A stretch of 64,000 bases of DNA from Spirochaetia bacterium. GTDB lineage: Bacteria > Spirochaetota > Spirochaetia > CADAEX01. The position numbers and the translations under genes were made by a program. The first letter of the stretch is position 1, and the number at the start of each line of letters is the position of its first letter. The notes beneath the pieces are model-generated. The model worked only from the letters and a program-made list of their open reading frames with translations, had not been told where the DNA came from and ran no database searches. This document shows, one piece after another, positions 39,333 to 48,298 of this stretch. Location: the NCBI GenBank assembly GCA_963662795.1, contig OY759746.1:2720001-2784000 (forward strand), read 5' to 3'.

Positions 39333-39746
39333 TTATCTGTAAGCTCTGCTGATGAAAAATACTCCGGCAATTATAAGCGCAGCGCCGATAACTTTAAACA
39401 GGTTAACTGGTTCATTGAGAAAAACGGCGGAAGCGATAATAACGCCGATATAGGATATGCTTGCGGCAGGGTAGGCTATGCTTAACGGGAGAACTTTAAG
39501 TACATGAAGCCAGATTACAAAGCTCCCGATATAGCATAAACCTCCGGCAATGATCGTGTAGCTTGAGATAATATTCCTGAAAGTAACTGCCTGTGTCTGC
39601 ATCAGCCCTTTTTTCATCAGTACCTGTCCGCAAAGGGTAAAAGTGACTGTTAAAAGCAGAAGGAGAAAACTTTTTAGATTCAATTGATTTACCCCCGGAA
39701 TCTTTCCATATCTATCAAGTGTAGACCTAAAATTCTCTATTATCAA
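39333..39746 (-). CDS. EamA/SMR-like (ArnE/ArnF-type) small transporter; start uncertain
   Basis: GQVLMK.G, W..VL..LPLSIAYP and E......G..LI..GV motifs. Confidence 0.75.
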   Translation of the reverse strand: MIIENFRSTLDRYGKIPGVNQLNLKSFLLLLLTVTFTLCGQVLMKKGLMQTQAVTFRNIISSYTIIAGGLCYIGSFVIWLHVLKVLPLSIAYPAASISYIGVIIASAVFLNEPVNLFKVIGAALIIAGVFFISRAYR

Positions 39747-39926
39747 TCAGGATTATTCTGATTGATATTTTTTCCAAATTTGCCGGGTTATGCTAACTGC
39801 TGTCTGCTATCCGAAAACTCATGCCGGGTGGAAAAAAATATCAGTATTTTATGCTGTCATCTGTATTAATTGGTTGAAAAAAAATATATTTACGTTATAT
39901 TAAAAAACAGAAAGGAGAATTAAATT

Positions 39927-40034
39927 ATGGGAAAATCGCAGGACGCAAAAAAAGATGAAAAGAAAAAACCTTTAAAAACTCCAAAAGAAAAAAAACTGGA
40001 AAAAATGGAAAAGAAAAAAGAAAAAGGTAAATAA
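39927..40034 (+). CDS. 35-aa lysine-rich small protein (below the ORF-track cutoff)
   Basis: AAGGAG SD; MGKSQDAKKDEKKKPLKTPKEKKLEKMEKKKEKGK*; has its own terminator. Confidence 0.7.
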   Translation: MGKSQDAKKDEKKKPLKTPKEKKLEKMEKKKEKGK

Positions 40035-40101
40035 AACAGGTGTTATTGATAAACTGACAAAAATCGGTAATGATGAATTAATTTATTTTAAAAAAATCAG
40101 A

Positions 40102-40149
40102 AAAAAGGATATTCTGCAGTTAAATTTAATGCGGAATATCCTTTTTTTT
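40102..40149. terminator. Bidirectional-type terminator
   Basis: A-run, GGATATTCTGCA...TGCGGAATATCC stem, T-run. Confidence 0.75.
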
Positions 40150-40186
40150 ATTGACTAAGAACAGGAAGTATCTGGTATATTCTCTT

Positions 40187-40648
40187 ATGGAAAGAACACT
40201 CGTCATTTTGAAACCTTCCGCTGTTCAGCGGGGACTTATCGGAGATATCATAACCCGTTTCGAGAAAAAAGGACTTATGCTGTCCGGAATGAAGATGGTC
40301 TGGCTCAGCGATGAACTTCTTACAGAGCATTACGCACATCTTAAGGAAAAAAGTTTTTTTAAGCGCATCAAGGATGCGATGAGGGTCTGTCCTGTACTTA
40401 TCTGTTGTGTTGAAGGAATAGACGCTGTTCATGTAATAAGGACGATGGTAGGCCCTACAAATGGACGCGATGCCCTGCCTGGAACCATAAGGGGCGATTT
40501 CAGCATGAGTATCCAGGAGAATCTTGTTCATGCTTCCGATTCAGTCGAGGCAGCGGAGATTGAATTAAAAAGATTTTTTACGAATGGTGAAATATATGAA
40601 TATGTTCCGCAGCTTATGAGAAGCCTTTATGCCAATGATGAAGTTTAA
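40187..40648 (+). CDS. ndk: Nucleoside diphosphate kinase
   Basis: ERTLVILKP, PGTIRGDF and NLVHASDS motifs. Confidence 0.95.
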   Translation: MERTLVILKPSAVQRGLIGDIITRFEKKGLMLSGMKMVWLSDELLTEHYAHLKEKSFFKRIKDAMRVCPVLICCVEGIDAVHVIRTMVGPTNGRDALPGTIRGDFSMSIQENLVHASDSVEAAEIELKRFFTNGEIYEYVPQLMRSLYANDEV

Positions 40649-40673
40649 GGAATGTTAACAGGGAGAAGATAAA

Positions 40674-41474
40674 ATGAAAAAGATTATTTTAACTGTTTTT
40701 GTTGTTTTTTTATTATTCCCGCTCTTTACTGTTTCAGGAGAAGAAGCAGGGGATAACGGATTAAATTACAACAATGACCTGCTTATGGGAATTCTCTGGC
40801 AGCAGAACTCAGGCGAATATGCTGCGCTCTGTTATCAGGCTTTCAATGCAGGTAAAAGCTACCTCCTGTCTCTGGGTAAAGGGGGAAAGAAGGCTGTTGT
40901 CTTTGACATTGATGAAACAATGCTTGATAACAGCAAATATGCCGCCTGGATGGTCAAAACCGGAAACAACTGGGGTTTTGATACCTGGGAAGATTGGTGC
41001 AATTCAAAAGAAGCAGATGCTGTTCCAGGCGCGCTTGATTTCGCCTCTTTTGCGGAAAAAAACGGATTTGAGGTTTTTTACGTATCAAACCGGCCATCCT
41101 CTGTTCTTAAAAGTACTATGGAAAATCTCACCTCCCTCTCATTTCCCAACGCTGATTCCGATCATCTTTTTCTTATGGAAAAAACTTCCGATAAGAAACC
41201 AAGGCTTGAAAAGATAAGAGAAAAAGGATTTGAAATTGTCCTTCTTGCGGGTGATAATCTTGATGATTTTGAAAGCTCTATTCGTAAAAAAAATAATGAA
41301 GAAAGAAAAAATTTTTCAGATAACAATATTGATGAATTCGGAACAAACTGGATAGTCCTTCCCAATTCTGTTTACGGTACTTTCGAAGCTGCAATCAGGG
41401 GCGATTATTATTCGCTTACTGCCCGGGAAAAATCCGCGGCAAGACTTGAAATGATAAAAACCTGGGAGCGGTAA
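40674..41474 (+). CDS. Class C acid phosphatase / e(P4)-family 5'-nucleotidase
   Basis: Signal peptide without lipobox Cys; DIDETMLDNS, SNR, GDNLDDF and LPN..YG motifs. Confidence 0.88.
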   Translation: MKKIILTVFVVFLLFPLFTVSGEEAGDNGLNYNNDLLMGILWQQNSGEYAALCYQAFNAGKSYLLSLGKGGKKAVVFDIDETMLDNSKYAAWMVKTGNNWGFDTWEDWCNSKEADAVPGALDFASFAEKNGFEVFYVSNRPSSVLKSTMENLTSLSFPNADSDHLFLMEKTSDKKPRLEKIREKGFEIVLLAGDNLDDFESSIRKKNNEERKNFSDNNIDEFGTNWIVLPNSVYGTFEAAIRGDYYSLTAREKSAARLEMIKTWER

Positions 41475-41496
41475 GCCATCTGTAATTAAATATTAA

Positions 41497-42651
41497 ATGA
41501 AAGATTACGAAGAATTCAGGAATAAAACATATCTTAATATTTCTCTTGTGCTGCTTGCTGTTTACACTGTCATAAATATTTCGCATAATCTGCAGCATCT
41601 TTTTTTTATTCATGAAACATCGGTCGGGATTATTACATTTAATATCCTTAACGCGTTTGTTGGATTATCCTGTCTGATTATCAAAAAGAAGAGAACTGAA
41701 GCGGGTATTAATCTGCTGCTTGTCACGTTGTCTTTTACAATGATTGCCATTAATTTGTATATCAGACAGTTTTATAATCACAATAATATTATTGTTGTTT
41801 TTCCGGTACTGCTTGCCATATTCATTGCCACAAAAAAATCCGCGCTGATAATTGCTGCATTCAATACTGCTGCAATAGCTTTTCTCGGTATATTCCATCG
41901 GTCATATGATGATGTTATGTGCTATTTTGTTTTGACAGGTTCGATACTTACCATGATTGCCATAACTTTTCTTCTGAAAAACATGATAATCCGCCTTGAA
42001 ATGATGAGAAGACAGCATGAGGATGAGCTCCATGGAGCAACGCTTAAAATACTTGGTTATGTATCTGAATTGCGTGACAGTGAAACTCAAAATCATCTTG
42101 AAAGGGTTGCCATTGTTACAGGAAAGCTGCTTGCCCGGCTGCAGAAAATATCAAAGTATTCACGGTACATTTCTGAAGTCTATATTTCCGATGTTGTAAA
42201 GGCCTCCATGCTGCATGATATCGGCAAAATAAGCATATCGGATGCAATCCTTTTAAAACCAGGAAAGCTGACAATGGATGAATTTGAAGAAATAAAAAAA
42301 CATACAGTTTCAGGTTCCGATATCCTTGAGCGTGCAAGCCGGAATATAAGCGGACAGAGCTTTTTCAATATCGCGATCGAAATAACCCGTTACCATCATG
42401 AAAGATGGGATGGCGGCGGATATCCCGATCACCTGAAAGGATTTGATATCCCTCTGTCAGCCAGAATAATGGCAGTAGCTGATGTATATGACGCTCTTAT
42501 CTCAGACAGGCCGTACAAGAAGAGGATGTCCCATGAAGAGGCAGTAGCAATTATCAAAGCAGGAAGCGGGACACAGTTTGATCCCGATATAGTAAAGTGC
42601 TTCCATCATGTCCAGAAGGAAATATACAGGGAAACCCACAAACTTCTCTGA
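41497..42651 (+). CDS. Membrane HD-GYP phosphodiesterase
   Basis: N-terminal TM helices; HDIGK, HHERWDGGGYP and DVYDAL motifs. Confidence 0.9.
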   Translation: MKDYEEFRNKTYLNISLVLLAVYTVINISHNLQHLFFIHETSVGIITFNILNAFVGLSCLIIKKKRTEAGINLLLVTLSFTMIAINLYIRQFYNHNNIIVVFPVLLAIFIATKKSALIIAAFNTAAIAFLGIFHRSYDDVMCYFVLTGSILTMIAITFLLKNMIIRLEMMRRQHEDELHGATLKILGYVSELRDSETQNHLERVAIVTGKLLARLQKISKYSRYISEVYISDVVKASMLHDIGKISISDAILLKPGKLTMDEFEEIKKHTVSGSDILERASRNISGQSFFNIAIEITRYHHERWDGGGYPDHLKGFDIPLSARIMAVADVYDALISDRPYKKRMSHEEAVAIIKAGSGTQFDPDIVKCFHHVQKEIYRETHKLL

Positions 42652-42755
42652 ATTCCGTTCGATCAGGAAATTTTTATTTCTCTTGTTCAGCCTTACAACT
42701 TTTGATATCTTTTATTAATTAGTAAATTATAATCAAATAAGGAGCTGCAGTCCTG

Positions 42756-44270
42756 ATGTCAGAATTTGTTCTTGAAATGTTGAATATAGATAAAAGCTTC
42801 TTCAAGGTAAAAGTCATTGACAATGTTACTCTGAAAGTAAAACCGGGAGAAGTGCATGCAATTGTCGGTGAGAACGGTGCAGGTAAATCAACCCTGATGA
42901 AAATACTGATGGGGATATACCGTGCGGACAGCGGGGAAATCCTTCTTGACGGGCAAAAGGCAGAATACAGCAATCCCAAAGAAGCCCTTGTCAATGGAAT
43001 TGCGATGATTCATCAGGAATTAAACCCTATTCTTGACATGGAAATATCAGAAAATATTTTTACAGGAAGGGAGATTAAAAAGTTTAATTTCGGCGGTTTA
43101 AGTATTGTTGACCATAAGGCACAGAGACTGGAAACTGAAGCGCTGCTTGAAAATATTGGTATTTCACTTAACCCGAAAAGCCTGATGCGGAAACTGAGTG
43201 TCGCGCAGACCCAGCTGATAGAAATAGTCAAGGCAATTTCGCTGTCATCGAAGATAGTAATTATGGATGAACCTACATCTGCAATTACTGACAAGGAAGT
43301 TGAAAATCTTTTCCGGCAGATAAAGTTTCTAAAGTCTAAATCAGTGGCAGTAATTTATATATCACATAAGATGGATGAAATATTCAAGATTGCCGATACT
43401 ATAACAGTTCTCCGCGACGGAAAGCACATCTGTACGGAAAATGCGTTAAAACTTGATAATGACAAAATCATCAAAATGATGGTGGGCCGTGAGATCAGGG
43501 AAATTTACCCTGAAAGGGAACAGACCCCAGGTGATGTTGTGCTTGAAGTGCAGCATCTGACCCGGAAGAAAAAATACAAAGATATCAGCTTCAGGCTTCA
43601 TAGTGGAGAGATACTCGGTATCGGAGGTCTTGTCGGAGCAGGCAGGAGCGAACTTGTTGAGGGAATATTTGGTGTTACCCGTCCGGATTCAGGAGATATA
43701 TTTATCCGGGGAGAGAAAACTGAAATATCACATCCGGATAAGGCAATAAAAAAAAGGATCGCCCTGATTACCGAAGACAGGAAATTTACCGGACTTGACC
43801 TGAAAACTACGGTTGCTCATAACATTACGATTGTGCACTTGAGCAAGCTTTCCAGACTCGGCGTCATAGATCTTGCAAAAGAATCACGCGCTGCTGATGA
43901 ACAGATTAAAAAACTTGACATCAGGGTTTTATCCGGAAAGAGCATGATAAATTCCTTAAGCGGCGGAAATCAACAGAAGGTAGTGCTTGCCAAATGGCTG
44001 TTAACAGATCCTGATATAATTATTCTCGATGATCCCACAAGGGGGATTGATGTCGGGGCAAAGAGGGATATCTATCTCCTTATGGCATCCCTTGCAAAGG
44101 CCGGCAAAGCGATTATTCTGATTTCATCAGAAATACCTGAACTGATGGGGCTTTCTGACAGGATTATAGTTCTCGCTGCCGGAAGACTTACCGGAGAGCT
44201 TTCGAAGGCTGAGTTTACACAGGAAAATATCATGAGACATGCATCAACTTTTGAGGTGGCAAATGTTTAA
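42756..44270 (+). CDS. Monosaccharide ABC transporter ATP-binding protein (RbsA/MglA type)
   Basis: GENGAGKST, MDEPTS and LSGGNQQK; tandem nucleotide-binding domains. Confidence 0.92.
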   Translation: MSEFVLEMLNIDKSFFKVKVIDNVTLKVKPGEVHAIVGENGAGKSTLMKILMGIYRADSGEILLDGQKAEYSNPKEALVNGIAMIHQELNPILDMEISENIFTGREIKKFNFGGLSIVDHKAQRLETEALLENIGISLNPKSLMRKLSVAQTQLIEIVKAISLSSKIVIMDEPTSAITDKEVENLFRQIKFLKSKSVAVIYISHKMDEIFKIADTITVLRDGKHICTENALKLDNDKIIKMMVGREIREIYPEREQTPGDVVLEVQHLTRKKKYKDISFRLHSGEILGIGGLVGAGRSELVEGIFGVTRPDSGDIFIRGEKTEISHPDKAIKKRIALITEDRKFTGLDLKTTVAHNITIVHLSKLSRLGVIDLAKESRAADEQIKKLDIRVLSGKSMINSLSGGNQQKVVLAKWLLTDPDIIILDDPTRGIDVGAKRDIYLLMASLAKAGKAIILISSEIPELMGLSDRIIVLAAGRLTGELSKAEFTQENIMRHASTFEVANV

Positions 44271-45264
44271 AAAATTAAATGACAATACAATTAAAGCATC
44301 GCATGAAGGAAATAATGGAAGGTTTTTTTATCTCCATTCATTGAGAGAACTTGGAATTTTCATTGTATTTCTGGTAATACTTGCAGTTCTGATGATTCTT
44401 TCACCGAACGCTTTCGCAAGGCCTACTAACCTTATCAACATACTCAAGCAGGCTTCCATAAACGGTATACTTGCCGCAGGAATGACATTTGTTATTCTTT
44501 CCGGCGGGATAGACCTTTCTGTCGGGTCAACAGTGGCCCTGACAGGGGTAATCGCTGCAAGTTTTGCCCACCCCGGGGAGTATCCTCTTTTTGTACCGAT
44601 AATTCTTGCAGCCGGTGCCGGCAGCTTTATCGGCTTCCTTAATGGTCTGGGTGTCGCGTACGGTAATATCCCCTCTTTTATAGTAACACTTGGTTCAATG
44701 ACCATAGTGCGGGGACTTGCTCTTATTGCAAGCCGCGGTCAGCCTGTCTTTAACCTTTCCAAAAGCTTTGAACATATTGCCGGCGGGTTTATATTTGAAT
44801 ATATCCCCCACCTTGTAGTTTTCTTTGTCTGCATCGCCGGTATTGCAGGATTTATCCTTACAAAAACTGTATTCGGACGTCATGTCTATACAGTCGGAGG
44901 TAATGAAACCGCAGCAAAGGTTTCAGGCGTCAATGTCGGGTATATCAAAGTCGCTGTCTATACCATTGCCGGGTTTCTCGCAGGGATAGCGGGGCTTTTG
45001 CTTGCTTCCCGTATTGTCTCAGGAAACCCTACAGCCGGGGCCGGATATGAGCTTGATGCGATTGCTGCCGTAATAATAGGCGGTGTAAGCATGTCAGGTG
45101 GGGCCGGTAAATGGTACGGAACGGTAATCGGCGCCCTGATTATTGCGGTAATCGGGAACGGCCTGGATATTCTGGGTGTCTCTTCATATTTTCAGCTTAT
45201 AATAAAAGGTTCAATCATAATTGTTGCTGTACTTCTTGATATGAAAGGGAAGGGCAAACAGTAA
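44263..45264 (+). CDS. Monosaccharide ABC transporter permease
   Basis: GGIDLSVG, GGNE.AA..SG and ELDAIAAVIIGG motifs. Confidence 0.92.
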   Translation: MFKKLNDNTIKASHEGNNGRFFYLHSLRELGIFIVFLVILAVLMILSPNAFARPTNLINILKQASINGILAAGMTFVILSGGIDLSVGSTVALTGVIAASFAHPGEYPLFVPIILAAGAGSFIGFLNGLGVAYGNIPSFIVTLGSMTIVRGLALIASRGQPVFNLSKSFEHIAGGFIFEYIPHLVVFFVCIAGIAGFILTKTVFGRHVYTVGGNETAAKVSGVNVGYIKVAVYTIAGFLAGIAGLLLASRIVSGNPTAGAGYELDAIAAVIIGGVSMSGGAGKWYGTVIGALIIAVIGNGLDILGVSSYFQLIIKGSIIIVAVLLDMKGKGKQ

Positions 45265-45283
45265 ATCAATAGTAATAACAAAT

Positions 45284-45335
45284 AAAAAAAGACTGCGGTT
45301 TTTACACCCTTTTGCGGGTCCGCAGTCTTCTCTTT
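45284..45335. terminator. Bidirectional terminator between convergent ABC genes
   Basis: AAGACTGCGG...CCGCAGTCTT stem with flanking A- and T-rich runs. Confidence 0.7.
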
Positions 45336-45377
45336 CAGGGTTTGCCCCTGCACAAAATACTATGATTATGTTTACAA

Positions 45378-46313
45378 TTATTTTATAAATTGGTCAACAT
45401 TATCTTTGGTAATTAATGTAAAAGATACAAGAATTTCATTCTCAACACTTTCGCCTTTTACAATCTTGTTTACTGTTTCCATAGCTGTTGTACCCTGAAG
45501 GGTTGTGCTCTGGGAAACTGTTGCAGTAAGGCGTCCGTCTTTTACAGCCGCAAGCGCATCAGGTGTTGCGTCAAGGCCGTATATTTTCACTTTGCCGAGG
45601 AGTTTTGCATCCTCAACCGCTTTCAATGCTCCAAGGGCCATTCCGTCGTTATTGGCAACAACCGCAGCAAGCGGTGTACCGGTCTGCAGCCAGTTTTCAA
45701 CAATTTTTAGGGCTTCGTCTGTCCTCCAGTTAGCTGTCTGTTCAAAAGCAACCTTTATATCAGGATAGCTTTTGAGAACTTCGTAGTAACCGTTTGTTCT
45801 GCCGATCTGTGCGTCTGAACCCATGGGTCCGAGCAGAAATGCAACATTGCCTTTTCCGCTGATTGCTTCAGCTGCTGTTTTCATCTCAAGAACGCCGCCG
45901 TCAAAGTTTTCAACGCCTACAAAACTGTTGGCTGCTTCAGGTTTGCTTATTTTCTGGTTTACAACAACCACAGCAACACCTGCTTTTCTTGCCGCTTCAA
46001 TTGCCGGAACTACGCCGTCAACAGAAACAGGTTCAATAACTATACCTGAAACCCCCTGCTGAACAGCTGTTTCAATCTGGCTGATCTGTTTTGCAACATC
46101 TTTTTCAGCCTCATAAACAGTAACCTTGACTCCAAGTTCAGCTGCCTTGCTTTTTACGGCATCTGACATCTCAATTGTAAATGCGTTTGTCATGTGGCTC
46201 ATGAACAATGCGTAGCTCTGCTCTTTTTCCGCCGGTTTTTTACTGCACCCTGTAACAAGCGCTAAAGCCAGCATTGAAATTAGAAGCACTGAAAAAAACC
46301 TTGTGATTTTCAT
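45378..46313 (-). CDS. Sugar ABC substrate-binding lipoprotein (RbsB-like)
   Basis: VTGC lipobox; ANNDGMALGA and GLDA motifs. Confidence 0.9.
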   Translation of the reverse strand: MKITRFFSVLLISMLALALVTGCSKKPAEKEQSYALFMSHMTNAFTIEMSDAVKSKAAELGVKVTVYEAEKDVAKQISQIETAVQQGVSGIVIEPVSVDGVVPAIEAARKAGVAVVVVNQKISKPEAANSFVGVENFDGGVLEMKTAAEAISGKGNVAFLLGPMGSDAQIGRTNGYYEVLKSYPDIKVAFEQTANWRTDEALKIVENWLQTGTPLAAVVANNDGMALGALKAVEDAKLLGKVKIYGLDATPDALAAVKDGRLTATVSQSTTLQGTTAMETVNKIVKGESVENEILVSFTLITKDNVDQFIK

Positions 46314-46439
46314 TTTCTTCTCCTTTGATTTGTAACTATAAAATATCAAAAAAATATTACTGATTCAAGGTGTCCGCAATCAAAACTATCATCAGTTATA
46401 CCTCTGTGTCCGGCTTTATAAAAACTGGACAGTATGTCC

Positions 46440-47012
46440 TTATTTTACAATATTAACTGTTCCGTCTTTTTTGCTAATTTCCGTTTTGATTTCCCCGTCG
46501 GGATATCCTATTATCGCTGTTCCGTAAACCCTGTAGCTTTTTGGAACTCCGAGTTCTTTAAGAAAATCCCTTATACTTGCCGACTCATCGATAAATGATA
46601 ATATCTGAATCCAGCAGGAACCGATACCGAGGGAATGAGCTGCAAGAAAAATATTCTGTAAAGCAGCGGCGCTGTCATATTCCGGAGTTGAGGAAGAAGA
46701 AGATTTAGGCTCATTTGAAACAATAATAACTGATGGAGCATTATAGAAATAATTGAGTTTCTGTCTGCTCAGAGTTTTTTTCATCTCTTCATCAGCCGAC
46801 TGCATAGCTGATTCTATTATAAGGGAATTCAGTTTTTCTATCTTCTGTTTGTTCTGGATAACTGTAAAGTGCCATGACTGTGCATTCATTCCGCTTGGGG
46901 CTGATTTTGCCGCCTCAAGGATAAGATTTAAATCACTTTCAGATATCTGTCTGTCCGGGATAAATTTTCTTACACTTCTTCTGGATATGATATTTTTTAT
47001 AACTTCATTCAT
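46440..47012 (-). CDS. Nitroreductase family protein
   Basis: RRSVRKF, APSGMNAQSW and AAHSLGIGSCW motifs. Confidence 0.92.
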   Translation of the reverse strand: MNEVIKNIISRRSVRKFIPDRQISESDLNLILEAAKSAPSGMNAQSWHFTVIQNKQKIEKLNSLIIESAMQSADEEMKKTLSRQKLNYFYNAPSVIIVSNEPKSSSSSTPEYDSAAALQNIFLAAHSLGIGSCWIQILSFIDESASIRDFLKELGVPKSYRVYGTAIIGYPDGEIKTEISKKDGTVNIVK

Positions 47013-47087
47013 ACTGTACTCCTCATTAATTTATATATATAAAATGCATTAGAGAGTTCATATAGTCAAGAAAAGTTATATTTCTTT

Positions 47088-47114
47088 AAAAAAAACCCGC
47101 AGGATCTGCGGGTT
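47088..47114 (-). terminator. Terminator of the Fe3+-family ABC operon
   Basis: AACCCGCAG...CTGCGGGTT stem; the A-run on its left reads as a T-run on the minus strand. Confidence 0.7.
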
Positions 47115-47207
47115 ATCAGCGAAGTATAAACTGATTCAATAAAAACAGTGTTCCGGCAGTCCCTGCTGCCAAAGCTGCTGAAATGAACAGTAATAAGTTT
47201 TTGAATT

Positions 47208-48293
47208 TTATCTGCTTATCCTGACACCTTCTTTATCAAAAATAAGAAAATTTTTGGGATCAATTACGACTTTCACATTATCACCTGGATTATAGTCACA
47301 ATCCTCGACAAGAAGTGCAAAGAATGAAACGTTGTCGATTCTGAGACCGATAATCCACTCAGATCCGGTCGGAAGAACTGTTTCAATCTGGGCTGTATGT
47401 TTCCAGAAATTTTCCCTTGCTGCAGTTGAATGCGGATTAACCATAATTGATTCAGGCCTTAGTCCTATTGTAAAGGCCTTTTCCGCTAATTCCGGAAACA
47501 GCGGCATAATTGTTTTTGCAAGGGACTCACCGTCTTTTATGCTGAAGTGGTTCATGGGAGGGCTTCCGATAAAATCAGCCACAAACAGATTCGCGGGTTT
47601 TTTGTACATCCCCATCGGGGGTGCGTACTGCTGAAGTTTTCCCCGGCTCATTACCGCTATCTCGGTAGAAAGTGTCATTGCTTCCATCTGGTCATGTGTA
47701 ACATATATAACAGTATTTTTAAGTTCCCTGTGGAGCCGCTTAAGCTCTGCCCTCATTTCCAGCCTGAGCTTCGCATCAAGATTTGAAAGCGGCTCGTCAA
47801 GCAGCAGTATATGGGGGTTAAGGACCATCATGCGGGCGAGGGCAATCCTCTGCTGCTGTCCGCCGGAAAGCTGGTTGGGATACCTTTTTTCGAGTCCCTC
47901 TATCCTTAAAAGGCTGATTATTTTTTCAATACGGCCGGCAATTTCCTGTTTCGGCACTTTCTGCATCTCAAGGCCGAATGAAATATTCTGTTCAATTGTC
48001 ATGTGCGGCCATAGTGCATAACTCTGGAAAACCAGACCCATTCCCCTTTTTTCCGTGGGAACGAGCTCTTTTGTCTCACCGTTAAACAGTACTTTGTCCC
48101 CCAGGCGGATTATGCCTTCATCCGGTGTCTCAAGGCCGGTGAGCATCCTTAGAGTTGTTGTTTTTCCGCAGCCGGAAGGGCCTAAAAGGCTGATGAAACT
48201 CCCCTGTGGAATTGAAAGATTAAAATCCTCAACTGCCTTGATTGTACTTCCGGTAAAAGTTTTATTTATATTTATTAGCTCAATGCCTGTCAT
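47208..48293 (-). CDS. ABC transporter ATP-binding protein (Fe3+/polyamine/sugar-phosphate family)
   Basis: GPSGCGKTT, LSGGQQQR and LLDEP motifs; TOBE-like C-terminus. Confidence 0.9.
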   Translation of the reverse strand: MTGIELININKTFTGSTIKAVEDFNLSIPQGSFISLLGPSGCGKTTTLRMLTGLETPDEGIIRLGDKVLFNGETKELVPTEKRGMGLVFQSYALWPHMTIEQNISFGLEMQKVPKQEIAGRIEKIISLLRIEGLEKRYPNQLSGGQQQRIALARMMVLNPHILLLDEPLSNLDAKLRLEMRAELKRLHRELKNTVIYVTHDQMEAMTLSTEIAVMSRGKLQQYAPPMGMYKKPANLFVADFIGSPPMNHFSIKDGESLAKTIMPLFPELAEKAFTIGLRPESIMVNPHSTAARENFWKHTAQIETVLPTGSEWIIGLRIDNVSFFALLVEDCDYNPGDNVKVVIDPKNFLIFDKEGVRISR

Positions 48294-48298
48294 TTCTT

